Part shown: positions 15,201 through 30,200 of the stretch, piece by piece | Numbering within the stretch: the stretch's first letter is position 1 | How the letters are laid out: each line of letters begins with the position of its first letter | Source of the DNA: Phoronis australis | Lineage: Eukaryota; Animalia; Phoronida | NCBI GenBank assembly: GCA_002633005.1 | Contig: NMRA01000019.1 | Coordinates: 807,348-871,347, forward strand | Direction of reading: 5' to 3' | Length of the DNA stretch: 64,000 bases | Program-made: the position numbers and the translations under genes | Notes under the pieces: generated by a model | What the model was told of the DNA's origin: nothing | The model's input: only the letters and a program-made list of their open reading frames with translations | Database searches by the model: none

Positions 15201-18200
15201 AGGCTGACTATGGTCGAGTGGAACAGTCGCTCAAGAAGCTGTTCGCCAGTGTTAACCCTGCCTTGGCTACATGCAACTGTGTCTCTGTGAAGGTGGTGAA
15301 TCAGACGCAGCTGGCTAATGGGTGAGTTGTACATACATAAATTACATGACTGTGTGAGTGCGTGTGCGTGTGCGTGCGTGATGAGATTTAGTTGGTGAAC
15401 AACTTGCGAAGTGAGCATCATTGCCGTAGCCTAGTTTGTCTTATACAGTTGCTAATGTTGACAATGGCATCTATGAATGAATGCCTCTGTAAGTGTACTT
15501 GACAACTGTTCAGTAATAATCTAACTCCTGAACACATCTCCTGCGTTAAGCTGAACAATGGACAGGTTGAGTGAGTAATCAGTCACATTGAACCAGAAAC
15601 TATCACCATGATAACAGCATAATTCAAAGCACTGGTCTTAGGTTGTAAGAATAGTACACACATACCACCAGTAAGACAAGTCTTATAACTGCATTTAACA
15701 TGAAAAGTATTTTGTTTTGAAGCTCAATAAAACTTAACTAAAGGAACTTTGTGACCACCACCATTGCCATCACCAACAATGCCAACATCACCGCCGTCAA
15801 CATCATTATCGAATGAATGCTTAGCCACCATCACCACCACCATCACCGTCATCATGGCCACAACTAGCATCACCTTCACTGGTATCGCCACCATTAACAG
15901 TTAGACTACTTGCGTCACTCCTACAACCACCACAGCCCTCCTTTCTACCATCACCGTCACCATGGTCACAACTAATATCACCCCCACTGACTTTGTCACG
16001 GCCACCAATAAAACTGCTTGCATTACTTCACATCTGCCAGGACCATGACCACAACTAACACCACCTTCACTGACATCGTCTTCACCATCAATAAGACTAC
16101 TTACATCACTCCATCTTTGCCACCACCACCACCACCACCACCATCTTTGCCACTACCACCACCATCATGGCCACCACCACCATCATGGCCACCACCATCA
16201 TAGCCACCACCACCNCACCACTACCACCATCATGGCCACCACTACCACAGTCATGGCCACCACCACCATGGCCACCACCACCATCATGGCCACCACCACC
16301 AGTACCATCTTCACTGACATCATCTCTACCAACAAGACTACTCGCACTACACTCACCATCACAATCCTGCACCTCGATCTACCACCACCATCATTATCTA
16401 CTGTTTCTTACAGTAGCCATGCCATCACCGTGGATGGTGTAATTCGAAGTAGTCAGCCAGACCTTCTCTCCAACCTACTGAACAAACTGGGGGACCAGAA
16501 GACCTGCCTCAAGGCTAACGGCTCTTTGTGTGACACCATCATCATTGACCCCAAGCACAAGTTCATGCTCCTCACTGACAAGAAAGTGGCTGACGATGAC
16601 ATGGAGAAAATGAGGACATCTCTACGCAAAGCCTGGCTTTCCGTAATTCCTGATAGTATGTGTCTGTGTGTTCACATTTGCTCTATTTCATCTTTGTTTG
16701 ACTTGCTTACACTGTAATTACTGCACATGTCTAAAGTATAGACAAAATGACCTGCAATTCGCCACTGTGACGGCTTGGCTGAAGTTGGAATTCATCGCCA
16801 GAGTAGTCTCCTCTTGTGACTAATAATGATGAGGGATAAACAGGAAAGTCAACAAGGTCACTAAGGCATTGTGGGATTAGAATTTTGTCACCATAATAGT
16901 TAGTACAAGTCATTTTTGCTGTTAATTGATTTAGTCTTCATGGTGGGGGAAATTGTATTTGTCTGATTATGTTTGTCTTGAGATTGATATCCACAACTGT
17001 GCATCAACTGGAAAATATACATGAAACTGTTTTATTGAATTATGCCAGTGTCATCTTTCAAAACCATTTGTATTCGGTTTATGTTTTGGTGTGGAACCTT
17101 TTGTTTTGGTTCTTTAGTGTTAGTGTTACAAAACCACAGACTATTTTTACTGGTTTGTAGTTTGCAGTTTTAACTTGACATAATTAGCGTTACATGACAC
17201 ATTAAGTATTATTAGAAGGGTTAATTTTCTGTTTGTTTTTTTTCTTAATGTGTCTTAAGTTGTGCATTGCTTCTGCAGGCTACAAGACAGATTTTGATGT
17301 GCGACTGAAATCTCGTGAACCTGCTGTTGATGCAAACGGGTATGGTGAATTTGAATGTGAAACAATGGCATTTGTTGTTATTATTTTACATTCAATAGAT
17401 TGCTCTCAAGTGGTGAAAATATTCAACATTTTGACGTGACTTAATGTGACATTGTTGGCGAGAAAAGTAATTTTCATAAATCAGTCTCTGCTGATTCAAA
17501 CCTGCAAACCCCTGCGGTCACTGAGTCAGATGTTCTACCGGTGGAGTTAAACCTCACTTGATGGGTGACAGAGTATTTTAATCGTACTAGTTAACTGGTT
17601 GATAATAGCCAAAACATGAGCACGAACTTTAAAATTAGCGCGTAAGTAAACAAAGACATATTGATCTGACATTTCGGTTTATTCACTATAAAACATTCTC
17701 AAGACAAAAATTCACATTATTCAATCAGGTTAAACTTTTTTCTTGAGAATGGTTTATAGTGAATAAACCGAAATGTCAGATCAATATGTCTTTGTTTACT
17801 TACGCGCTAATTTTAAAGTTTGAGTTAACTGGTTATGCCACAAGTCTTGATTTTCAAGAGGTTTGTCAAAAGAATTAATTGCTGAAAAGGGTTACCCTGT
17901 CCATGAAAGTAAACAACTTTTGATTCCTTCATCTCAGTTAATTCTCTGTTCCAAGTCAGATTTTATTTTCTTGAATTGCAGAGATTCACTGATTGGCAAA
18001 CGCTTATTCACTAAATTGTATAGATATAGTGCCATATCAAACTTTTTTTGTTGGTTGATAATTCATGTCAAGCATGAATTTGATGAATCTTGTTATATTT
18101 TGAGTGAAGTTATTTCTGAATCATTAGAACAAGAGTCAAGATATATTTCTCCTTAATATGGCTTCAAACTTCTGCCAAAACTTAATTTTTTGAAATTCTT

Positions 18201-21200
18201 CTCATTCACCTTTAATTGGTCTAGTTTACATACGACTTCATATCACACGGTCTTGTTTCTTAGCAACAAAGTGTGGGCCCTCAGCTACTACCTGGTGACG
18301 CGAGGCCGTCAGCTGACTCCCAATGACGTACCTGTGATGACTATGTCCACCTATAATACCTACATGAACGTGAAGAATGCTGCTGGCCTACGGTACCAGG
18401 TGATCAGCCAGAAGGGTGCGCTACCATATGCGCTTCACAACAGACTGTTCTTCTCTCGTCCTGTACTTAGAGTGGACATGGACCATCTGCAGTCTGCGAT
18501 ACAAGCTGCTTGGAGACAGTGGGAGGAAGGTATGGTAACATTGCTATACCTTATAAGTTAGGAGTGCCAAAAATCTTTTCCATGTGCTGCCTTAGAGTGT
18601 CCAAGTCTGTTGGTTGTCAACACTTCTACAATACATACTCTGCTAAGTATCAAGCAAAATTTTCTCAAGAATTTAGTATATTCTGACTTGTCATACCTTG
18701 CCTTAAAATTTGACAAATTAAGGTTTCACCAATTCCGCTACATGGTGTTTTAAGAAGCTTAACCTTAAAGATAAAAATTTGTGATTTGAACGATCTTCTA
18801 GAATCATGTGGTATCCATGTTGTAAATAATATGTTAAATTGACCGCATGGATTTTATTTTTAATTAATTTGTGCACGTTTTTTCTCTCAAACAATTGAAA
18901 TGTAAGCTGAGTGATGAGGATAATTTCATACTTGCCTTCTAGTGATAGTTAATAGTTGGTTGCACTAGTGTTGCACTAACAACATCCTTTGGCTCATTTG
19001 TCCTGCCAGGGGCCTCAATCCCTTGATTTTGGGGCTGAGCATCGGCCCCATTCCCCTCTGAAAAGAATTGACAAATCACGTGAAACTCCCCTCATGAGGC
19101 CCAAAAATTACCCTCAAGTGATTGAAAAATTCCCCTGACTCATAGTTCGAATCACTTGTAGCTCACACAGGTGGCAATTTGAAAGAGCACAAAAAATTAG
19201 TTTTGGATACTTGAGGCAGAGCATCTGGCTCTAAACAGGGCAGGTGGTGCTATTGATGGTGATTGGGGGGCAGAATTTTCCGCTCAAAATTCCCCCCTCA
19301 GAAGGCACCGTCAGGCACCTTTTCCTTCGGTGATCGAGGGCCCTTTACTCCATTTGTTTGAGCAGAAATAAAGTTTTATTGTTCAATACTTTGCAAATTG
19401 TTGCTTCTTAATTCAGTGATTTAATATAATGTATCTGGTGAATGATTTCATTACAACAAAATAATATTCCTTTTAATCTAAAGATAAATTCTTAACAAAG
19501 CAGTTACTATTAATTTTATTAATGATATGCTGTGATTTATAGATGCTGGTAAGAATGGTTCACTTGTTCACATCAAGGTTTTGGGACAGGAAGAGTATGT
19601 GGATAAAACAGGGTAGGTCGAATAAATACAGAATATAAACATTACACTTTTGATTGATCTCAAGATTTACATTTTGGTTTCATTGGTGCTATCTAGTGAT
19701 AGTTACTTTTTGACTGTATTGAGAACCTTTTTCGTACAAATATCTGTAAATTTCATACGTCGTCGAATGTGATCTAGGTTCTCACATACGAAGCCTGGTG
19801 GCTCACAAAATTTGCATGCCTACACTGCTTGCTGTGTGAACTGGAGCCTTCCATCACAAATGCAGTTATGGCCAGATTGTTTTTGTTACCTTTCCACCCC
19901 GGTTTTACCTCCCTGTCTGCTGTCCCTCATTTTCATTTACATTGTCTTCTTCCAATAATATTATTCTGTGTTTCCAGCAAATCCTACTGGAAGCTGATGT
20001 ATTTCACCAAGAGAGATGGTGCCTACTTCCAGTCCAACAAGCAACCCCCTGTTAGTCTCATCTCCTCCAAACTGGGCCTGCCCATGACTTACTACAAGAA
20101 ACTCTACAAAGACCTACTATTGGACCACCAGCCAAGTGGCACTGCACCATTCTCTTACCACTTTTTTATACCACTCAATGAACAACTGAGCCCATCGCAG
20201 TACTCACGACAAAGTGACTCATTCCGTGACGCCGCTGTCCATTTGAAGTCAGGTACATCTAATTTCTTAGTTACATAGAATCGATGTATAAATTTCTACA
20301 ACTCTGACAATCTGCATCTGGTTTAACGACACTGTACGTTATGAAGCACAGTTAATAAAAGTTAGACTCAAGTGAAATATTTACTGGACAAGATGTATAA
20401 AAAATCTTATTTAAAACTCTGCGAAAATATTTGCTTTTAGGATTAAAAGTGTTTCTACTTGTCTGGAGATCTTTGAGCTGTAATACATTAGCGTCAAGTT
20501 CTTGAGACTTAATTTCTATGCACTGTATGCAGTTGTCCAAATAGTTTAATACAACAAACTACTTTCTTTCTAGACCTGGGCAAAAAGAGCGACTTAAGTG
20601 CTGAAATCTTGCCAGCAGCTAAATACACTGGTCCTGAAAGGTAGGAAGTTAAACATACGTCTCTTGAACTATAAGAATCTAGCTGAAAGTTGTGAAAACT
20701 CGGCTTCATGTATGAGCTGCTAGTGGTTTACTTTTAAATTAGACGGTAAGAATCTTGATCTACTTCACAGGGATGTCTACCATCAACTTTTCCGCCTGTA
20801 CAAGAATGGTGCTCTAGTCTATCCTGGTGATCACGCTGACCTGCAGCACAGCCTGATACACAGCTACTTCATACGAAACAGCGATCCGATCTACAATGTG
20901 ACCACTAACCGCAGGGGAAAGCAGCGATATGCCATGGCGTTCAATGTTTACACAGACAAATCAATACCTCTCGGAGACCGCTTCAAGTTCAGCAAGGCTA
21001 TACAAAAAGCTATGGAAGTTAAATACCCAGGTGGAGCTTTTGTTCTTTGTTTTAGAGTTTGATCCATTCATCTTAAAACTAAATTGATTGTAGCCTTTGA
21101 TCAAAATTAAGAAGATGTTCTTAATGTGCTTGAAATGGATTTGCATGTCGGTTAGATTTTTTGCTGTAATTTGCTTTAAGGCATTGTGGGTAATGTGCGC

Positions 21201-24200
21201 AAATGGCTCAATTCTTTTGGCTCAGTCTGTTAATAGTTACAATTGTCTAAGATATTGGGTCATTTGCTTTAAAAGTTTGTCACTTGTAAAGGTGTTGACG
21301 TGATGTTGCTGTTATCATTCTCTAATACACGACAATTAATTTCCAGAAGCCAAAGGTCAACTCGAGGTTTCCCTTGGTCGTGACGAACCCTTCATTATAC
21401 CTGACTGGTAGGCTTTACAAAGTTTTCCTTATAAGTAAATTCAATTTTACATGAAGCATTAAATTCCCTTTTTGAACTAGAATTAGTTTGTGTTGCTCTT
21501 GTTAATATGACTTTTGTGTAAATTAAGGGATATTTTACTGCAGAGTGAGACAAAATGTCATTACAAAAACCTCCCGTATCAACTCCAGATGGCTTCGGTT
21601 TCCAAATCAAGACTAAATCCAAATATCAATCTAGTCCATTGTTAAGTGTTGCCGTGGTCTGTTTTCCGGCATCACAACTCGTGGCCCATCTACCACTGTT
21701 TCAAAAGTTACTAAATAAAAATGAGTACCAGAGAACCGACAGCTAAACAATGCATCTATTTTGACTAATTTGATCATATGTCTTTGGGGAAAAAAATGTT
21801 CGACAACTAATTTTTTACAAGAAATTTAATTTCAGAAGCCAATCTGGTTGAAAAATAAACAGTTTTAGTCCCCGACTCCAAGATATATGAATTAACTTTA
21901 GCCAGTGTTGTGCTGTTGTCATTGTTACTGTGGCTGTTCCAATGTATAAGACACTACACATTCCTGCTACATTTTGTTGCTTGCCTGTTCATGTAAGATT
22001 ATTTTTATTTGGCTACCATTCTGTAATTGACATAGCTACTAATCTGTAGTCGTGGCTATTGCTCTGTTGGCATGGCTACCGTTCTGTAGTCATGGCTGTC
22101 ACTCGGTTGACATGGCTATCGTTCTGTTCATTGTTGCATCATTTAATTCCAGTAAGAAGGTATGGAAAATATCGGCCTTTGTCACAGTTAACGGCAAACC
22201 ACTAGATGGCAGGAAGGAGGTGCCTTTGAGAGCCTCAGAGCTGCAGCCACACACACCATTCAACATTCTTGATGTCATGCAGTCGTCGTCATGGAAACAA
22301 TACAACTATCACATGCCTCTGTACTTGAAGGGCCAGCTGGACCCTAAACACATCAGTAAACTGGAGACAGCTCTGGAACAAACATGGAGCAGCCTGAATA
22401 GTGCGTTGCTATTGGTGACTTTCAAAATTAATGACATTAACTGTACAGCACATGCCAAAATGATCTGAGAAAATAACCTGGAATTCTCCGACCTTGAATC
22501 ACCCTTCTTGACTGCAGCCACATTTCTTGTTTAAATTCTTAGTTTATAAATTTGAGCAAGATCATTTTGAAGCTTTTTTTGTTCTCAAGATGAGGTTGAC
22601 TGGCATTGCTCTCTATGATAGGAGATAAGTTATACTGAATTAAAATTTTCTGGTGTCAGTTATGATTTAACGACAACATGACAATTTTGATGGTCCATTG
22701 TGATATCAGTTTTGATTATTTTTTACTAAATACAAAAAGTCCATGTACTGAAAACACACCAGTCTTATGGTCATTAGCAATAAGTGCTCAATGTGCTTGG
22801 AAATAAAGGTAACAGGTTGGAACTTCACAGAACGAAGCAACGGTAAAATAGTTCCTACACAACTTGAAAGTTGCCCAATGGCCTCTTTCACTGGGTTATA
22901 TTTTCATGTTATGTTGAAGCCTTCTACCTCGTCTGTACAAAATTAATTAGTTTGTTCTTGACTGAAACTTAATAATTCGGTATTATGTCCTTATGTTTCA
23001 GTTTATCAAAACTGTAAATGCATCACTGTGAAGATATGCAAAGAACTGTTCCTCTCCCAGGATGGAAAGTAAGTTGCTCACAGGTGTCGCTGCTGTTAGG
23101 GATCGTGGTTGTCTGCAATAATGGAAAATAGACAGAATTCATGGAATCTGACTTGGTTCGCCAGATTGGAGATTTTGAATCAGATTTCTGTATTTTAGTT
23201 GTAAATTCCTTAAATTTGTTTTTAATTACCAAAAATTAACTTAAGAATCAATATGACCCATCAAATTTGATGTATTCTTAATACACTGTCAAGGTTTGTG
23301 GTAGCTGCAATTTTCCTGATGGCAAAAAATTGTCAGGAAGTGAAGAACATAGGGCGTTATTAGACTGAAAATGCTATAAAAAGATTATTAGTTTTGTTGA
23401 TGAATTGTTATGAAACTGTGATGGTAAGAATTACACTAATTGTTTTGTGGTGTCTGTCCTGCAATTATGACATCATGCATTGGGGTAGTATTTAGTAGGC
23501 AGAGCATTCAAAATTTCTTGTGTAAACACTATCAATGGTTTTAAATTTGAGCTAACTAAATCTTGACGATGGACAGTTTGGATGTCATTGCATCGACTGC
23601 AATTCGACAGTTAAGTGATTGTAAAGTTTCTTCAAATGCAAAAAATGAGTAACTTGAGTTGATACAGAAACTGTAAAATTGAGGTATAACTAGGTCAAGA
23701 ATGGAGTAACTAGATCAAGAACTGCAACGGCTATGTAACTCACTGATCATTATATAGTCTGGATGTACGTAGATTTGTCATTGGAGGTGTTTCGTTTTAT
23801 GAAAGTTTAATGGCTCCAAAACTATGAAGAAATCCTAGGATGTGCAGTTTTTGGAAAATAATCATCTGTGTTTGTTCTGTATTAATTTTCTACTCATTAC
23901 AAGAGAATTGCCAAAATGACTTTCCAGTTTTCAATTTTAAAAGTTATTTCTTGTTGCTACAATTGATCAAATTGTTGCAGCATTTTGTGGCTTCTGAATG
24001 TTAAGGCCTTTCCAGAAATGAAGTTGAAGTATTTTTTTATTTAATGCGCTTCATTTCTGTTATGAAAAGTGACAAAATAAATTAAATGTTCAGTTTTGTG
24101 TGATGACATAATGTGTGGTAAGAAAATGGAGAATCAATGAGTAAAGTATACCATTCTATCTGTAGGGGTTATGTAACCAAGCTGTTGGGTTTCGTCTCTG

Positions 24201-27200
24201 CACGCGGCAAGTTGATTGATGCACGTCAGCTCGACTATCTCCGCAACATCATGGCCGTACGGTTCTGGAATTTAGTGCGACAGCTGGGACTGGAATATGC
24301 CCAGTCCAAGTTTGTACCCAAACGTTCAACGGACTCATATGATGTGATCGTCAAAGGTGATGCGAACACGGTGGACTTGACCTCATTGAAGAAGGTGTTG
24401 TTAACGGTGTGGAAGAAGAAGTTGAAGGGTGCGTGGGCTAAACTATGTTTAATTATTAGCTAATTGCATCTTGTACTGTTCACATAATTCTTTTGAACAA
24501 TTCTTTTCTATATGGTCTCGTCATGTACAGAATATATACATACACAAAACGCACCAAGAGTGGCGTACATGAAGTAATATCCCACGAGACATTAGTACGC
24601 GTATCGACTGAGACGAAAGATCGAGGTTGATAATGCGGAATAATGTTGAGTGGGATATTACTTCATGTACGCCAGTTGAGGTACGTTTTGTATTTATCCC
24701 ATACTCTTAGAATTCCTATGTTTCTTTCATTTTTTCCGCAGATTTTTTAAGTACTTCACTCAGACTGTTCACATGGCGGATCACACCCTATATGTATGTA
24801 CTTGCGCGTTAGGCTGCAAGTTTTTGCTAGTAAAAAACAGTACTGTTTTAAATGTGACGATTTATTTCTTGAAAAGAGATAACAAAGATGAAAACAAGCC
24901 AGGGTAACTTTTCATTAGGGTAACTTTTCATTGAACTTGTCACATCTCCTGAAAGTAGTTAAATAACAACAATATTTGATATTGTAGTTACCGAGGGATC
25001 GGCGCCTGAGTTGCAGACGATAAAATATTTAGCAAATGAAAACTGAGACAGAACTGTCATACGATTATCAGTCTTGTTCCAGATGTTACGATTGAGACCT
25101 GATTGTGTTATTTACACTGTCTCATGCTATAATTGTATTACTTTTAACTATTTTCCGAAAGTTTGGTGATCGAACCGGCTTACGACGTCAAGTCGACATT
25201 GACCTACCTTTTGAACTTTTCATGTCAAAGGTCACTGTTGAAGTAGTGCGGGAGGTGAATACGGAAAACTAAATTATTACATGGCCGTATTTCCCTCGCG
25301 TATGGGTTAAAATACAAACCTAAAGTATTCAGACAAATTAATTTGGATTGAATTTCCCATCATGGTTTTTGGGCGGAAGCCGAATTCACGGTTAGAGTAT
25401 AGCGTTCTCTCATGATCAAGAATGATGGGGAATTAACTGAAAATTTAGTAAGGTCGCTGATCCATTCTGTAATTAGACTAATTCTGCTGTTCTAATAGTC
25501 ATTACCTGTAGGTTTCACTGTTTACGGAATTAGTCGTCATGATGGGAAAACGATATTTTGCTCGGTTATTTTTGTCTTGTGTATTTCAACAAGCTGACCA
25601 CATGACTGTGTAGAAATTGGTGTGCTTTTGATTGCTGATAAAGTATAATGAAAAATGGTAAAAGTAATACATATTATTTGCATTACTAGACACTCCAGCT
25701 ATTTAGTTGCGGGTAAATTTGTAACATAAAGAAAGAGCATACCTAGTACTAGAGCACTCAGGTTCGTTTCTCTTTGAGTTGTTTCAACTTGTTATAATGA
25801 GAGTATGATAATATGTGGCAACGCCACAATTTTTTTGACCTGTAAATTGTTTGGTAATAGAATTGTAAGAGTTATAAATCATACATTTTTGCATTCCCTG
25901 CAGATGAGAACAGCACTGTGACATTCTCCAACCTACAGAGTTATTTCGGCAACAATGGTGAACGTCTGCTGAGAATCTCTTACGTTGTGCAGGACGGTAA
26001 TGGGACCAAGCAAATACCTGTGAACACTGAGTCGCCACGGACGACAACCCTGATCCGCGCAGCCGAGGATAACAAGCTGCAGGTGGGTGATGTGTGACTT
26101 CATGAATTAAGTCACCATGTTGGCAATATATTCTGCAAATTACACATTTTGAGGTCAGCATTGTCAACCAGCTTCTTAGTGTTGAGCAGCCATTCTGGGG
26201 CACGATAATGTTGGTCGTGGCAGTCATAGACACGTTATTGCAAACTCTGTCCTGTTTTATAATCACCCAATGAAATAGTTGGTCATAGGAACGAGAATTT
26301 GGCATTTCCAACAGTCATTTATCATACATGAATAACAACTTCCATCATGATTATGTCTAAATGTTACGTCTCTCACGTTTCTTCTGCTATTTTTGATTGG
26401 GCAAGCCACAATGATCATTGTGCAAAGGTTATATTAATATGTTTTGCTGACTGATGATGCCATTTATTTCAAATTTATAACTAACACTTACACTATTCAC
26501 TTGACTACTTGATATGGTTGTAAGATATTTACGAGTACATGGCTCATCATTTGCCCTAATTAACCCCAGGTAAGCTTCCACGATGGTGGGCTGGGTACAG
26601 AGAAGAAGAGTCTACACACACTGACAGTGGACAAGGCTGTGTACTACAATAACAGGAAGGGTCTGGAGCAAGCACTGATGGCATCGTGGGCCAAGAACAC
26701 AACGTGTGAGTCTATCACGTCTGTTGTGTTGTCAAACACTAGTCATGGGCCTGTCTCANATGGTACCAATAAACAACCCTAGAAGGATACCGTATGCGGT
26801 GCAATTGTGGGCGCATTTCAACGCTCCGCGTTGCTCTTGTTTTGATTGGGCAAGCCACAATGATAATTGTGCAAAGGGTATATGGTATTACTGACTGATG
26901 ATGCCATTTATTTTAAATTTATAACTAACACTTACACTATTCACTTGACTACTTGATGTGGTTGTAAAATATTTGTGAGGAGGCTCATCATTTGCCCTAA
27001 TTAACCCCAGGTAAGCTTCCACGATGGTGGGCTGGGTACAGAGAAGAAGAGTCTACACACACTGACAGTGGACAAGGCTGTGTACTACAATAACAGGAAG
27101 GGTCTGGAGCAAGCACTGATGGCATCGTGGGCCAAGAACACAACGTGTGAGTCTATCACGTCTGTTGTGTTGTCAAACACTAGTCATGGGCCTGTCTCAC

Positions 27201-30200
27201 TGAAAGTGTCTGAAGACTTAGGACATGAAGTTGGTGTTACGCTCCCAGTTTACAATTAATGAAAACTGGTTTAGCCATCACAATCTAGAAATAATTAATT
27301 CAAATTATGTCCTTTACTAATGGGTATGTTCCCAGAGACTGTGTGTTTTTGCTACAGTGAGATTTAACAGATTTTTTTGTTTGGAGCATAAGACCACTAA
27401 GTCTTAAGTCACTTTTTGTGAAACTGATGATCAGCGTCATATTTTTCAAAATACGTACAAATCCTCTCTTATGAATTGTTAAGCTTTCACAATTTGGGAA
27501 CAAATTAAAGCTTTCAAATATTTTTTTTCTGAATTACAGTGTTGGTTATTGGGTTTTCTCTCTGAATACTCTTCTTACCTTTTATGTGCCCACTTCTGTG
27601 TGGTCACACATTGCCATCAACTCTGTCTGGGCATCTGCTGCCGTATCTCAAAAACCTCTTGGAGGATCCTCATGAAGGTTGGCAAATGTGTGAAATTTGG
27701 AAAGTTGACAGGTTACGACGACTGTCTCCTAATGGCGATTTTATTTTGCATTTGCCTCAGTGTATCTTCGGAGTTCCTTGATGGATTTTCATGAAGCTGA
27801 GCAGATTACGGAAACGACGTTGTTTTTCCAATTTCGAACTTATTCGAGGTATTCTGCACCACCTAGTGGCAATTTTCGTCGTAAGAAAATTTAATAAACA
27901 CCCCAAAAGCATACCACGGTGCAGCTGTGGACACATTTTAATTTTTTGCGTAGCTCTTGCTTAATTTTCATTCATTTTGTAGAACTTTCTTCTAAATACT
28001 TCCTCAATTTTCTCTTACTATCTCTTTCACATATGCCTCTAACAACCTCACATATTTCTTTCCACAAATATCTGCTATCTCGATCCTTCACAAATTTTGA
28101 CACAACTGAGATGAACCTCGAGGACTTTGGACAGACACCATCAAAATAGTTTCTTCCTCTGAACCAAAAGTCGCTTTTGTTTTGTGAAACATTGCTCGAC
28201 TGACCATGATTTTTTTCAGTCAAGAATAAGAAGTGTATTAAAGCAGACGCTGAGAAGGGTGACCACAAATGTAATATTGAAGTCAAGATCCTGGGAGCAG
28301 ACACAAAGATTGCGTCTGATGAGTAAGTAGCTCGTGAAAGAGGTCGGTGCTAACAAACACGGCAAAATGTAAATTTCTCCTTAACAATTTTTGACCTGGA
28401 GGATTGCTGATGCCTTGAACAATGCTTAACAGGTGGCGCTGCGTGCAGTATACTGTAACAGTTGTAGACTGGGCTGAGTTTATAAGCGCCCTCATCATGG
28501 TTCAGACTTTGCAGATCCAGATAGAAAATGTGAGATTATCTTGATTAGGAATTTTATAAAAAAATAAAATATTGATTGTTTGCTTTTTGTGGGAAAGGTA
28601 ACTTATGGGAGGGAAATGTATATTATTCTTAGGAAAATCTCATGGTAACATTATTGTGCTGCCCTTCTAGGAAGGAGGTCACACAGGTCTACTACAAAGT
28701 GATGGTGGACGGGAAGACCATCCCCAAGTCATATCAATACGTGCCTCCCTCTGAGAGTTACGTGGACGAACAGATCAAGAAAAATGTGGCTGATGTGAAG
28801 CGCTGGAAAGCATCATCTAACAAGATGTGGTCGGTGATGCTTGTTGGACAGTACCATACACGTCACCTAGACAACCTGACAGACACGTTGACCATGGCGT
28901 GGGATAGGATACTGGGAGGTATGTATTGTGAGATTATGAATATGATGCGCGAGACGGCAAACCTGTGACATAAGACCAACAACATTGAATTCACTAAAGA
29001 TAAGATTTGAAAATTGACCAATTGTGTGCGGGCATGAAATTTGAAAGTTTATTCAAAGCATGCCAGGCGATTGATCAAATTTCAATAAGCCAAGTCTCAA
29101 GTGCAGTTTGATATTAAGTTTCAGTGTTGGATAATTAAGCTAGTGGATTAATTGGATATACTGGTAAGACAGTAACACAGAAACCATTTTACCGGCATAT
29201 GTTGAAATTTTTAGTTATAACACTGTTGTAGTCCATCTTTCAGGTCCATAGTTGACAAAGGAGGTGCAATTATAGTTTCCACTTATTAAAGACGTTGTCA
29301 ATGGCAAAATATTGTCTCAATATCAACTTAGTCCAAGTTTTGGCTGAGCATTTCAATGTAGGCAAGCTTTAAGCATTACAAACTTGTTGACCTATTTTGT
29401 TGGCATAAAATGTGTTTCTCCCACTGCAGGCAATGTAAGTGGACTAGCAGTAAACATCACAGGCTTGTCATACATGTACAATGATCAATGGGGCAATGCC
29501 ACTCGAGTCAAGTACACCGTGACTGTCAATGGTAAAGACATGAAATTTGAGCACACTCCCACATCAGTGTTGTCTCTGAACAAACAGCTCTTGGCTAATG
29601 GTTATACAATTGCTGGGAGCATGCAGAAGTCGACGTACTACATGTACCTACGTGCTGGCTCAGTCGATGATGATGCCAATGGCACTATTTCTAACGCGAT
29701 TATTGCTGCCTATCTAGCCAGTAACCCAGGGATGAAGAGGGAAGACATCACTGTGAACAGCAAGAGACTTCAGCAGCACTTTATCTCGCAAGATGAGTGA
29801 GTTTGGTTGAATACTCTGACTGTCATTTAGGTCCATTATAATTGTTTTTACTGTACTTGGCAGGCTAGGTGTATTACTAGACAGTGTAGACAAATTGTTA
29901 TTGTAAATTGAATTTATAATAAGATAGATCTTCTTAATGTTGAGAATATTGTAATACAAAAAGATTGGTAGAGCCTTGCATGCCAATTTCTCTGTGAGTA
30001 CTTGCTGGGCGTCACCTATAAGATTAACGGCTTTGCACTTTTGTACGAGTACAGCAAATGGCATGGTCATATCCCGATTGTTGTTTTTTTATTAGAATAT
30101 TTTTTTTAGATGCTGTATTTTTGTTCACACTTCTGCAGGAAAAGTTTGACTGGTCTGTTATACACAGTCAAAGTAAAGGGTGCTGACGCCAACCCCATGT

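Noticed and set aside
16018-16442. Pro-rich and Gly-rich ORFs as real proteins
   Set aside because: Alternative frames of an ACC-rich low-complexity tract, with an N and no splice support.
25784-26311. 175-aa minus-strand ORF (likewise 35146-35658, 8040-8435 and 15062-15421)
   Set aside because: Antisense shadows of plus-strand exons of the repeat protein.
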